Shown here in pieces: positions 1 through 12,354 of a DNA stretch of 64,000 nucleotides. Location of the stretch: the NCBI GenBank assembly GCA_030141605.1, contig JAQGDQ010000698.1, positions 46,500-110,499 on the forward strand, written 5' to 3'. The notes below the pieces were generated by a model, which ran no database searches, had not been told where the DNA came from, and saw only the letters and a list, made by a program, of their open reading frames with translations. Position numbers and translations under genes: made by a program. The number at the start of each line of letters is the position of its first letter. Within the stretch, counting starts at the first letter, position 1. This DNA is from Tubiluchus corallicola (lineage: Eukaryota; Animalia; Priapulida).

Positions 1-598
1 CGTCACAAGATCCTGAAGTTAGAAAAGTGCAATTTGACAGCCAAAAAAGTTTAAAAAAGGACCAGCATCTAATACAACAGTAACAAATGAATTCACAATT
101 ACAGTCCAGGAGCAGACTGGCACGTGTCTCAGACTATGGGTCCCCAGAAACCAATTAGAGGTTCCAGAGCCAATAAGGGCCAAAGAAAAACAGATTAAAT
201 GTGAGGACCTGGCATATTTGATAGTTTTCAGGCCTTTGACAATTGCAAAATCAGCATAGAATTAACCAACTTAAAAAGTCCAAACCTGACAAATTGTTTG
301 GTTCTACATCATTCAAGCATGAGAAGTAATTATGAAGTCTTATATACAACAGTTGGTTTCTAAAAAGTCATATTCTAAAATACAAATGCTAAAGGTCAGA
401 AATTTGACAAAAATGATTCATGTCACATCGGACACACTTTAATGAGTGATCCTACACATCTTTGCCACTTCTTACCCTTTTGATTCCTATTAAAATTAAA
501 TTTCTGTGAAGCTGTGGAAGTTATCGTCATGATCAGTTAATAAGAAAAGGCCTGTTTGTTAAATTAAAGTAAACTGGAAAATTAATATGAACACCAAC

Positions 599-742
599 CT
601 GAAAGCCGTCACGTATGTTGACCATATTTCCCTTCAAAAACACGTCTCTTGTTTCCTTCTCATAATCAAGCTTTTTGCCACAGTATAGTTTATAAACATC
701 TGCTAGGCTGTTCATTGAGCCAACTTCTAGCCAATCTAAGGA
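599..742 (-). CDS. POLG: POLG coding exon 4; gene continues beyond the left edge of the window
   Basis: SLDWLEVGSMNSLADVYKLYCGKKLDYEKETRDVFLKGNMVNIRDGFQ matches POLG DWL..SS.NSL.EVH.LY...EKE.RELFVKG...IRENFQ. Acceptor ttttag, donor CAG|gttggt. 144 nt. Confidence 0.95.
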
Positions 743-1069
743 CTAAAAATGACAATAACAGTATTAATAGTAAAAGAAAAACTAGAAATAATAAAGAGCA
801 TAGCAGTTATACATAAAATCTCAACAGTAAATACATAATGATCAGTAAATATAATGAGTAGTCCTCAGACTTTCAAACTAATATTATGAACTACAATTTC
901 ATTCAATGAGATTTTATTGAGGATTTAAAACTTGCATTGCTCTGTATAAAACAAAATTAGTAATTGATTATCAAACATAGCACAAAAGCAAACCAAGTAA
1001 AAAAAACAAACATGGTGCTATCTTTTATATTTCATAATTAAAAAAAGTGCCACTGCAAAGCAAAAATAC

Positions 1070-1240
1070 CTCTGCAGATCTCTCAATTGTTTTCAGCCAA
1101 CGCGATTTCTCCTTCTTTTCCCGAACCTCTTTAGTTTCATTCCCTGTTTTCATACACATGATAACAGCTCTCTGAAAACTCGTAAGGCCCGAGCAAGCTA
1201 CATGTAATGACATGGTGTCAACAAATTTCGTTTTTGGACC
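1070..1240 (-). CDS. POLG: POLG coding exon 3
   Basis: GPKTKFVDTMSLHVACSGLTSFQR...ERSAE matches the POLG FLDTMSMH..ISGLSSFQR motif. Acceptor ttacag, donor GAG|gtattt. 171 nt, phase 0/0. Confidence 0.95.
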
Positions 1241-2056
1241 CTGTAATGACAAGGAAATTTATCATGGTTATTGAGTAATGTGATTAAAATTCATTATAAA
1301 AGCATTTCAGTGTTTTGCTAGCATCATCAATCATAGATAAAATCTCTTTGACATGCAGAAATCCAAATCTCAACGAAATCAGATGTACCACTGCTTTTTT
1401 CGTAACTGATCAGCCAATAAAAATTAACTGAACAATTCAAACATCTTTATTTGTCTCTACCAATGCACAATGGCATATTGCTCTCAAATGTACAACTCAA
1501 GCAAACCATGGCATTGAAACCAATATTCTCATGGGCATTTAGACTATCTGGTATCCCAGATGATTCGTCGTAAAGGTGAGTGAGTGACACTATACGATAT
1601 TCTCGATTATCTAAACATGAGTAAAGATAAGTTCTTGTGACACTGTTGAAAGTGAACTGCACAATTTTTAAGCGATACACTTCCTAGATGAGATTTATCC
1701 AAACAGAGATCCGAATTCTTTCACATGGCCTGTGCTTTGGGGATACTCATTCGGGATGCTTGACATGCAAGAATGACAACGTTTGAGTATCACTCCATCA
1801 CAACAGGGACAACACCCAATAGTCCAAACATGGTTTTAATCTTAAAGTCACACAAAATCAAGTCATTGTATAAGTATGGTGCCACACTTGCCAATGGACA
1901 AGAAAGGCACAAAGCTTCAGCACTTTAAAAGTTGCACATTTAGTAATTATTTGAGTTATTACCGAGCAGCAACAACAATACTAAATACAGCACAATAAAG
2001 CATGATGTCAAGTTTAAGGGTTAGTACACCAGTATGACAACAATAACTCAAACAAC

Positions 2057-2249
2057 CTTTATCAAATATTGTTCCTTTAGCTTTGACCTATCGTAACCAA
2101 CATTATGCCCAATAATAACGCGCTGTTTCCAGTTTGAAGGCGGCTTTACACTCATAGATACAGTTTCCAATGGAACAAATTGTTCTAGAGAAAAGTGTTG
2201 CGACCATGACTGTACTCCTTCCGTTAATTGTTTACTACACCACGAATAC
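2057..2249 (-). CDS. POLG: POLG coding exon 2 (Exo II motif)
   Basis: Not in the ORF track; translated by hand as (W)YSWCSKQLTEGVQSWSQHFSLEQFVPLETVSMSVKPPSNWKQRVIIGHNVGYDRSKLKEQYLIK. Acceptor ttttttcaactcag, donor AAG|gttgtt. 193 nt, completing the split Trp codon from exon 1. Confidence 0.96.
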
Positions 2250-2706
2250 CTGAGTTGAAAAAATGTAAAAAATTACTCCATCGTTATCTTTTACTATTTA
2301 GTATTTACTGTATGAGTTGTGTCATTATAAACTTAAAAACAAACTGACATCATTACAATATTAGATCAAAATGCACACAGAAAACTATAATGCTATTATA
2401 ATGTCAAAATCATGTAATAACTTGCCTCTCATTCATATTTTGCTAATTAGAAGTGACAGATTCATTGGGTTATTCACTTGTGAGTAACATTATGTATGTA
2501 GAGCCATTCATTCTATACTATTATGTACAATGAAATAGCCCCTTTATTTGCAGGGAAAAGAATATGCAGTTACACATTTAAATATTGTAACTACAAGGAT
2601 AATGCAAAAATCCTAAACAAACTAATTTAAATGGAAAAAATAAAGCTAAACAGACAACAACTAGAATGACAGGTGACAAAAAGACACAGAGAAAAAAGAA
2701 TGTGAA

Positions 2707-2709
<3 letters not shown>

Positions 2710-2767
<58 letters not shown>
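2710..2767. repeat. (GA)n microsatellite in a POLG intron
   Basis: Pure GA run. Confidence 0.97.
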
Positions 2768-2771
<4 letters not shown>

Positions 2772-3149
2772 GGAGAAAGAGAGAGGGTAGGTGGGGGTAG
2801 ATTCTACTGAAACAATTGATCCAGATAATGGTAAATAGTGCTTTGCATGACATATTCTGGCAGTTGGGCAAAAAAAATCAAGTAACCCAAATCCTCCGCA
2901 TCCCGGACCAGTTTTTGCAACTGCTAATAATAGCTATTTAATTACCACTCCACGTGAATAATTATAAACAACTATAGAAAAAGAGCAAATAATGTTAAAC
3001 TGAAACTCACTAGTAACACAAAAATAACCTGAGAAAATTTTAAATGTTACTAGTATGACAAAATTAACTTCTAGTAATCTGATCAAAGTGCAAGACATTT
3101 ACAAAAAAAGCAATTGCAAACAATTTTGGAATTTGATAAAAGATAATAC

Positions 3150-3754
3150 CAGGCTGTAGGTGAAACAGCAGTTGCTAATGTTGGAAATGGTCCATTATTA
3201 ACACACACTTCTACATCCAACAGAAGCCCCAAATCTTCTGGAAAATTCACTTTTTCTGCCACAGTCTTCCCATCAATGTTCCTGTACCTGGTCCAACCTG
3301 TTTCAAATGCCCATTTTTCAGGCCGATCTGGGAGGCAGCTTTTTACTATTTCCTGGCAAATTGCAAGGTATGGTTCACACTGCTTACTTGCTAAATTTCG
3401 GAAATGTTCGTCAATATTTGCGCCAAGCAGTTTCGGCAACTGAAAGTTAACATCTGGTAAGATGGAGGTCTCCTTTTCCCAAAGCTTATGCGTCTGTAAG
3501 TGTTTCACACATTTTTGCACAAATTTTGGAGAGAAGTCTTCACTACTGATTGCATTGCCAAACATTTGTTTATGCAGCGATTGTGACAACATCTGTATAT
3601 GAATAGGGTTATATCTAGAAATATTTTCAGTACTGTCACAATCAGTCTTCCCTACTTTAAGCTGATGTACGAATCGTGCTGTGGCTTGTAAATGTGCAGC
3701 CAACCTCCTTTGAAGCAAATGAAGCTGAACCAGGCAATTTGTACAAATCAACAT
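3150..3754 (-). CDS. POLG: DNA polymerase gamma catalytic subunit, first coding exon (targeting peptide, N-terminal domain, Exo I motif)
   Basis: Translation contains RYNPIHIQMLSQSLHKQMFG, LPKLLGANIDEHFRNLA, GWTRY, LLLDVEVCV (Exo I DxE) and FPTLATAVSPTAW, all matching remembered POLG motifs. ATG at 3754 is preceded by an acceptor (ttttatttttcag|aagATG), implying an upstream UTR exon. Donor TG|gtatta at 3149, phase 2. Confidence 0.96.
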
Positions 3755-5561
3755 CTTCTGAAAAATAAAATGTTAAGTCCAACAGCAGTTATAGTCAGTA
3801 TATTTACTATTACATAGGGAAAAGTGTGAAGGATATGCAATTTTGTTTCACAGGACAGTGGTGAAACTGAAACGAGCTACTCAGCTGGGCATAGCCAACT
3901 GAAAAAGTAAAAAAGAATTCTGTGAAAACCTATGTAATTTTTTTAAATAAAAATACATAGCATTATTAAAATAGAAATATAGACCTGGTGGTTATAGCAA
4001 ACTGTTAAGTTTTCCATTAACTTTTCACTTGAAATTCAAGTTAAAGGCAAGTATGAACGTTCAAATACTTGAAGTGTAAGCAATTAAACTGCAGGGTAAA
4101 TAAGTAATTGAAGATGTGAAAATTTCAGTTTTTTTTCCTAAGACTATAAACAACTTCAGGAAATCATTGAGCACACTTGCAGTTTAGAAGATTCTTAGTA
4201 ATTGTGTGTGAGCTACCATTTTGTGTTCAAAGCCTAAAAAGCATAACCTACAAATAATGGAGACTTTGGCACAGTTTGTATATTAATCTGCCTGTAGAAT
4301 ATGATTATGTCATAGGTACAGGAATAAACTACGTTACTGGCAAAATAACAACAAAAAACCGTTTTACGCTCATTTACATTCCAAAATGGGTTCTCTTTTT
4401 ATTTCCCTTATGCTGTCTATACAAGTGGGGAAACTGCAACTGCCAAAAACACCCTAAATTGTGAAATGCCAATTGTCCAATGTTCAAAGGTTTCTGCTAG
4501 TTAAGTCTAAAGCTCTGTAGGGTGCAAAGCTGGCAGTACGGCATGGTACGAAAAAAATTCTGAAAAGTACAATACGGAATTAGGTATTATTCGTACTTTA
4601 TCGAACTTTTTCCATATAATTTTTATCCAGCTTCTTGTAACTTTTCCATAGTCAGAAACTCAGCATGATGACTTGTTTCGCCGATGGATGAAGGACTTAT
4701 TGTTCTCCCCTAATTAACACAGGGCACACACAATCAAAACAGCTAGATTGGTTCGTTTTGGGTGCAAAAGTGGCAACTTGTCTAGCAGCGTCAGTTGTCA
4801 TTTACAGTACATTACTTTATTGTTATTTATAAACTAGGTAGATTGCTTCCCACGTTTCATACTTATTATAATACATCGTTAAGAACTTTGCCAATCCATA
4901 CAAAACATTAAGGTTTAGTAGTTGAATATCGCTTGAGTTAAATGTTTGCTTGGCCAAAAGAAAATTCAAGACATACTGACCTAACGTAATAACCCATGTC
5001 ACCACAGCATTTAATTACTGTAAAAGCTATCACTGTCTGTGTATACAAATATGTTACCTGGAGATCAACTCATCCAGCTTAAGGCAAATTTGCTAGATCG
5101 TTGTAGAGTGTGCTACCTTTAGCAGATGTTTAGGTTGGAACACTTTAAATTTAAATCAGCATTAAAAGTATATCACTAGTGAACCCGTAATTTAAGACAA
5201 CCATTAAAAACTAGTTAATAAGCCTAACACATCACGTCTGCCACAAAATTATTAGTTAAGTAAGGGGTCGCATCTGACCATGTTCAAGATTTAATATTTT
5301 TACCATTACAGCTGAACCAACGCAAGTTTTCGATAATTTTTCCTTATCTTTCTAATTTTACTGGCCTAAAGTTGGACATTTTTAAATCGTATTTCAGAGC
5401 TTTTTTGCTTTTCTTTTTCTTGATTAGTGTTATTCAGGGATTTTCAAAATCATGAATCCCTAACTTAAAAATACCACTGCTACTAACGAAAACTGAGACA
5501 AGCAACTAACCAACAAATATCGGGCAGGGATTAAAACGACCGTTTATTGAGATGTTCTCAC

Positions 5562-5700
5562 CTTACTATCATTAGTTCACAAACTGTTCTATAAGTCATA
5601 CACTTTACAGTTTCCAACATAACCGCCTAATTCAACACGTTTAGTCACTGCACGCAGACATTTTCAGTCTTAACTGCGTCGATTTTGCCATAGCTCAGTC
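5562..5700 (-). other. POLG: Candidate non-coding first exon (5' UTR) of POLG; 5' boundary approximate
   Basis: Strong donor AAG|gtgaga at 5561 in a locally CpG-richer patch, upstream of the acceptor next to the POLG ATG. A second donor-like site CAG|gtaaca lies near 5057. No transcript evidence. Confidence 0.35.
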
Positions 5701-6382
5701 TAAAAAACGCACCGCGTTATTCATTCTCACACGGACCAGTTTGATTGTTCCCCCAGCTCCACTACACCAGATCGGTATGAGCAAGCCAAACACTTGCGTT
5801 GTCCAGTCAACTGTGCGCTCGTCAGATATATAGGCCCATAATACTTCTGTTGATTTTCAGTTAGATTTTTGCATGACTAGTATTTAAATCTCGATTTCGT
5901 GTTTTACAGTTATAAATGCCATTTACATGTTGTGGTTTAAAGTGAATAGCCTGCAAAATTTGCTGTTGCTATTATGCACATGCATGAAAATTTTAGTACA
6001 TTTCAGGTTGCGCATTATTTTATACAAAAATTATATAATTTTGGTTTTCAGTTGTTAATTCTTTTTTTTTCATAATTTCAGTTATCATTGATGATTAACT
6101 AGCTGCTTTGTTTGAACCTGTTTAACTGGTTTTTTAAACTGCAGATAACCGTTTCGTCTTTCGCTGTACTCTCTTCGCAATATTTTAAAATCATTTATTA
6201 TGTAATATATTTGTATTATGTGCTTCAGGAAAAAATAAAGATCATGTTATGGTATGGTATTTATTACACGACTTTTTGTTTGTTATAAAGTCCTCTGTAG
6301 CAAACCCCATTTAACCATTGCTATATTGATAAGCCTAATCTAAACAAACTAAGAAAGTTAACCCTTTGTTGCATTTTTGTGC

Positions 6383-6815
6383 CATTGGCGTAGCTAGGTC
6401 TTGTGTGTGTCTAGGGGGGGGGCGTTGCTCGACCCGGGCGTTACTTTGATCAAGTGCTCTCTGAAGTGATGTAGCTTTCTGAAGCGTGCAGGGTTTAATC
6501 TATTTCTTCCCGAGCAAACCAATTTTTTATTAGTGCTTTTAATGCTTTAATTATTTGGTAGAATTCTAGTAAAATGTGGCACTTAACGAATCTGTCAACA
6601 CAGCATGAACTGAACCTGTTTCAAACTCACAACGCGAGCAGTTTTACTACATTGCTACGCACTGCAGTCAGTATTCAAGTAAAAGGTAGATCTATTTTTT
6701 ACACAAGCACTTTAAATTATCAATGTACCCATGAATTAGTTTACGTCGGGGGTGGGGGTGTCAGGCGGCAAATTCATGTGCCGCCCCGGGCGCCTCAAAC
6801 TCTGGCCATACCATT
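6383..6815. mobile_element. Degenerate non-autonomous DNA element (hAT-like MITE)
   Basis: Ends cattggcgtagctagg ... ctctggccataccattg resemble a degenerate CAGTGGCGTAGCTAG-type TIR pair, with GC-rich subterminal ccgggcg blocks. No TSD resolved. Confidence 0.4.
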
Positions 6816-8114
6816 GAATTTTGTGCTGCTTTCTGGTCTGAAATCTGGGGGTAGTTTACAAATTAATTTGCTTCTGTCTTCTTTCTCCATCTATTATTAT
6901 GCAGTTCGCCACATGAGGCCGTGCTTTATTTTGTTAATTAAGGAAATGGCGATTTACTGACAAAATGAAATAAAGACCACTGAATCGGGGATGGTGATAT
7001 TAGATAAAAAGACAGACAAATAGTCATTAGAATTCCGTCCACTCAAAATTCGTTGCCATAAATTTTATAGGATTTTTTTTTACTTTTATCTTCCAATTAT
7101 TAATACATGTTAATTATTAATATCACTCGTTCATCATCCAAGTCACCCATTGTACATACAGCAAAGCTCGGTTTCAAAAGTGCAGAATCTTCGAACGTTG
7201 GTCTACTATAACTTCTAGTCTGTTCGCAATCTAGAGTAAATTGGTAGTTTCGTCACTGTGCATCTGTATCAATATTTACTATAGTATTCGGTCTGGTACT
7301 GATACATTTAGCACAGACTTTTAATTTAAAAAATAATTTAATATTGGAGCAAAAAATTAGACAACACATATTCTTCGCCTTCCACTTGCCTTTCATTTAA
7401 AAAGCCAGTGACAACACGATTGTATTAACCTATTGACGGTTGACACTTACTAATTCTTTTGATATACGCGTACGTAGAGTGAACCAATGACCACAAAATA
7501 ACAATTTAGTTGCAATTTCCAATTGATAGTGAAACTGGACGACGTTATATTATACATTATTACATCTAACGTAAATTGGTTGTAATTAAAAAAGCTCTTC
7601 TTGACTTCACTGATTAGCTGTCTGAGTAGACTGAAGAATAAGGAACTGGGCTGAATTTTTCTTGCGCAAAATTTTTTCTGCGTTACTGGGAATTTCAGGG
7701 AAACACCTGGGCGAACCCGTGTACGTCTTCCTATCCTGTACAGAGGTTATATTGACGAAGTCTTGTGTTGTTTAATTCTCTAGTACGTATGCCCAAATTT
7801 TTCGTGTTTGGCTGTGATCATTCAGACGCTATCATTTCACATAAGATAAGGGTTATTGCATATCTTCAAACACTGTGAAAAAGTTAAACAATTTTTATTT
7901 ATTTATTTTGGGTTGAAGTTGTACAAATAGCTTACAAAAATGAATGCATCTCCTCTTAACGCTGTGCGAGTGGTACAGTGCAAGACAATGTATTTGTCAT
8001 TATGATTTACGATAGTGATCGACTTTTAAAGTTACTGAGACTACCCACAAATTCAACCATGAATCGCACTTAAGTTTGGTTCTATATTACGTTCGATTTA
8101 TAGACAGAATACCA

Positions 8115-8330
8115 GTGAACCTACCATCTAGGATAGTCTGCAAGTGCAGTAGTTGCAATGCAAGATATATTGGCAAGACGTCTACACATTTTTCTGTGAC
8201 CGTGAGAAAGTGTCAACATATGTATATTTTGTCAAAACACGTGTTCAGCTATTTTTTTACTAATTGTTGGCAGCAACAATGAAGCTTTCTCGACACAACG
8301 AATATCAGCGACTTTAGCCCAATTAAAACG
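8115..8330 (+). mobile_element. Penelope-like element GIY-YIG endonuclease remnant
   Basis: SRIVCKCSSCNARYIGKTSTHFSV matches the PLE pattern S.VVY...C..C...YIGKT.RH...R; the sequence degenerates downstream. Confidence 0.7.
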
Positions 8331-9541
8331 GTTTGTGTTTTTTTGTACATTACAGTACACATCGCGCAGAATCGTTGCACAGTTCAACCTGTTCAATAAA
8401 CAATAATATTGATTCCTAGAAGTTGGCTCTTTCACGTACATTACACAGTTATTTTGTTGTATTTGGAATTTTCATTAACGTTTAACGCTTCGTCGTTTTG
8501 TTTGCACAAGTACACATATATAAGTTGATCAAACATGAACTAAGTTTATTCCGGCTGAATAACTGAATACGTATCTGTAAAATTTTGTAACTGCAAAATA
8601 ACTAGTAGGCTTTAATTAATACTTTTAGAAACTTTGAAATAAATTAACATGTTTGGTACATAATTCAACTCGAGAAATTCCATATACAAGTCCTACATGG
8701 TCTCTTATAGTATACCTATATAATGTGCGAACGCTAATCAATCTTGGTATAAGTTTTACTTTAATGCTTAATGTGCTAAAAACTGAATGATGCCAGGGCG
8801 CCGAATCACATGTACACAATGTAATTAAAAACAGTCGTGAAAATTCTGACCGCTCCGTAATTTACATATTACATGTTTATATACGAATAAAACGGTGAAA
8901 TTTACATAGAAAGTTGGTTCTGGATGAATGCAAAATATTCATTAATGTATAACTAGCAGAATTTCGAACAATTCTTGAATTTTATTAATCCTACTAACAA
9001 AAATAGCTTATTTGCAAATCTGGAAACACTTAATTCGAATGTATTAATCAATATACTAAAAACTATTTGACAGTAACTCAAATTAATTCTGTGTTATCAG
9101 AGTGCAATGTCTCTAAAAAATATAATACCACTAATTTACCTTGCAATAATGAAATACAACTTGGATTTTTAGGAAAGTAGGCAAGCTTCAGATACTTAGG
9201 AACTAAAAGCCGTTGAAATTGTCTGAAGACATTCAGACAGCAAGTAATAACGACACAATCGTCAGTATTTCGATCATTACATTTGTGAATGAAAGAAATT
9301 AATAGACGCAATGGTCAAAAGGGCGTGACAATTAACGTCTGAGGCGCTACACCAATAATTTTCAAGTTTGGTCCGTAAATAATGTCGAAAACGCATTTAA
9401 CTCAGTTGAGTCCGTGCTAATCACACATTCACACCGAGCTTTAGTTCGTCAGCGCACCCTTTGCTCATGCGCACCCTGAGTGAATTCTTTCAAGTACTTG
9501 TGCCACGCGATACATGTAGAGAGTATCGCCTTTTTATCTCC

Positions 9542-10111
9542 ATGGATGAATTCTATGATATATTATTTAATATGGCAGAGGAAGACCTATGCGCATTCCT
9601 CAACGAACAATGGAACAACACAGCTGAATTTATAACGATGAACTATTCCAACCTACAAGAAGTATGCCAGAATCAAACACAAATAGACACCAGTCTCCCA
9701 GACAGACCCATGGCTGCCATTATAATATACATGATCATGTTTGCCGTTGCGGCCACAGGAAATGTGACTGTGTTTAGTACGATAATACAGGGAAAGCTGT
9801 ACAAAAAATCACGCATCAACCTCTTGATGATGAACTTGGCCATAGCTGATCTGATGGTCACCTATATTTTGATCCCCTTGGAGGTGATCTGGAGGATCAC
9901 CATCACATGGAGGGCCGGCGATATCGCGTGTCGGATTATGATGATCTTGAGGATGATGGGATTGTATTTATCTTCGTTCATCTTGGTGTGCATCAGCCTC
10001 GATCGGTACGTGGCTATCTGCCATCCATTTTCTAGCAGTTATTCTAAGCGCAGGGCGAAAATTATGCTGGTGGCAGCTTGGAGTCTAGCAGTTGTGTGTA
10101 GCATACCGCAG
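9542..10111 (+). CDS. GNRHR: GnRH-superfamily class A GPCR (AKH/ACP-receptor-like), exon 1: N-terminus to TM4
   Basis: GNVTV (TM1), NLAIADLMVT..IPLEVIW (TM2), WRAGDIACR (ECL1), GLYLSSFILVCISLDRYVAICHP (TM3/DRY), AWSLAVVCSIPQ (TM4), then donor CAG|gtaagg. N-glycosylation sequons NNT, NYS, NQT. The start could also be the ATG at 9572. The symbol is family-level only. Confidence 0.93.
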
Positions 10112-10622
10112 GTAAGGAACGATTTTAATACAGTCTTTCATTGAACAATCTTTTTAGCGAATAGGTTTTGAAATTGCTTGAAGAGTAAAACTACCATTAG
10201 ACTCATAAACGTAGAAGTATCAAAAAGATGAATGGGGCAGGAAAATCTGCGTCTATCTCAGAAATGAACCCATTGCGTTCTAATTAGCAGCTATGAGTAC
10301 AAACTCTGGTAATCAGAAGGCAACAGTTCAGTTTTTGTTTAAAGAATATAATTTTTTAAACAGTAACAAAGTTCATTAATGAATTCATTATCTTTGAACT
10401 ATGACAACCTAATAATTTTGTTAAGATTTGTTGGTTCCGCGTATTATGAAGCAGGATTTTAGATGTTTATGCTTAGGGCAATGCACATAATCATTTCTCC
10501 TGGATGCTTATAGTTATTGGCATAGGAAATTTTATGTTTAATAGACATGCCTCGAAAAACACACTTAAGCAGATATAAACTCACTGACGAATATTAATTC
10601 GAATGAATTCGAGTAAGAATTC

Positions 10623-10726
<104 letters not shown>

Positions 10727-12184
10727 AGTATAGTGCAAGTATAGTACACATGAAAATCCTGCTAAATGTTGAGCACGAGTTGAATGTCACTGTTTTGTAT
10801 TATAATATTATCATAGAAGTGAATAGGCCAATTTTTTTAATAGAAAGAGTAAATTGTTTTCACAAAACTTATCACAAATCAGAGAAATTGATCTTTAGTG
10901 AAGGAGCCATCGCAAAACTTCTAAAATAAGCTTCGCACAAAAGACTCTAAAATATCAGTTACAGTGCCCTGGATGATTTTTGTTAAGTAACCATCTCTAA
11001 AGTGTTACATAATTCCTCTGACACGTGAACACATTCAGATAACAAATGTAAAGATATTTTTAATTGCTCACAGACTGCATAAACCGCTTGAAAACAAACC
11101 TGTACGATGAAGAAATCGTTTAAAGAGAAGCCATGACCAGTTGAGAACTCTTGAAGCAAATCATTTCTACCATTTACAGTTGCATATGTGTTAAATTTTC
11201 TGTGCCATATAACCTTTTTATATATATTTACGGTGTCGGTGTCCTTTCGCTGGGAATGTCAGCACTTAAACGATGATTAATGTTTATGCGTCGCTCATTA
11301 TTAACAATCCATAAGTATTCGTTTAGAACTCTTAAATAAGACTTTATAAAGTGATTGTGAGAAGCGGATAATTTGCCAATATATTCTTCATAATCTCAGA
11401 TTAATCACATAGAGATGATCGCTAGATAATACTTTAATAAAAAAATTGACATTTGTAGTCAGCTTTCAACTTCAGAAATTCTTATAGCACTTTACAATAC
11501 TACATGGTTTGAAAGCAGTACCCGCTCCAATTTTGATAACATCGAATAGTAAATCGCCAAAAAATTTATAACACAAAAGTTCTGAATATCATACGATTGA
11601 GGCCATCCGTAACTCTTTATGTCCCTAGCAAACAGTTTAGTATTTGATGTCACTTACGCCAGTCAGATTTTCTGAGTTCATTAGTATGACGATTAAAACC
11701 TAATTTTCCCCACACTATTCTATATACTCAACTTAATTTAATTTCAATTTTACCAATTTTTAATTAGGGCTATTACCGTTATTTACTATTAAAGGAAAGA
11801 ACAAATCACTCAGTATTATTTTGTTTATTTTACTGTTATCACTTATACTTAGAAGAATATAACAAAGAAATTTGCAAAAAACTTTCTATAAAGCATAAAT
11901 CTAAAATGTATTACCTCTGAGTAGAAATTTATTTTTATTGCAATTTATTTTTAAACGCCATCTTCTGCACCAATTATGCAAATGAGTGCAGTACAGTTGG
12001 GTTGATTGATGACATTCTTGGAGACTATCGATAGACACACAAAAGGTTCCATATTTACAAATTTCGGCACGCGTGGAGCTTCATTCATTACCAAGCATTA
12101 CTGAGATAAAAATAAGGAACAACAAAAGCGAAAGAACAGGCAGACACTTATGATTGTCCCGTTTTGACACTATATATATATATA

Positions 12185-12354
12185 TTTCTTAGGTGTGATA
12201 AAAAAAAACTTTCAATTCGGCCATTTAGTATTAAAGTGAGAGAATATACGATACCGCTCATAAATATATATATATTTATGAGCGGTATCGTATATTCTCT
12301 CACTTTAATACTAAATGGCCGAATTGAAAGTTTTTTTTTATCACACCTAAGAAA
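12185..12354. repeat. Perfect 170-bp palindrome (85-bp arms, no spacer)
   Basis: tttcttaggtgtgata...cataaatatat|atatatttatg...tatcacacctaagaaa, centred at 12269/12270. The ORF track gives the same peptide on both strands here. Confidence 0.97.

Noticed and set aside
9461-9541. N-terminal extension of the receptor from the ORF-track start
   Set aside because: The track starts at a TTG. The in-frame ATG at 9467 has weak context (ctcATGc), so 9542 or 9572 is preferred, though the extension is not excluded.
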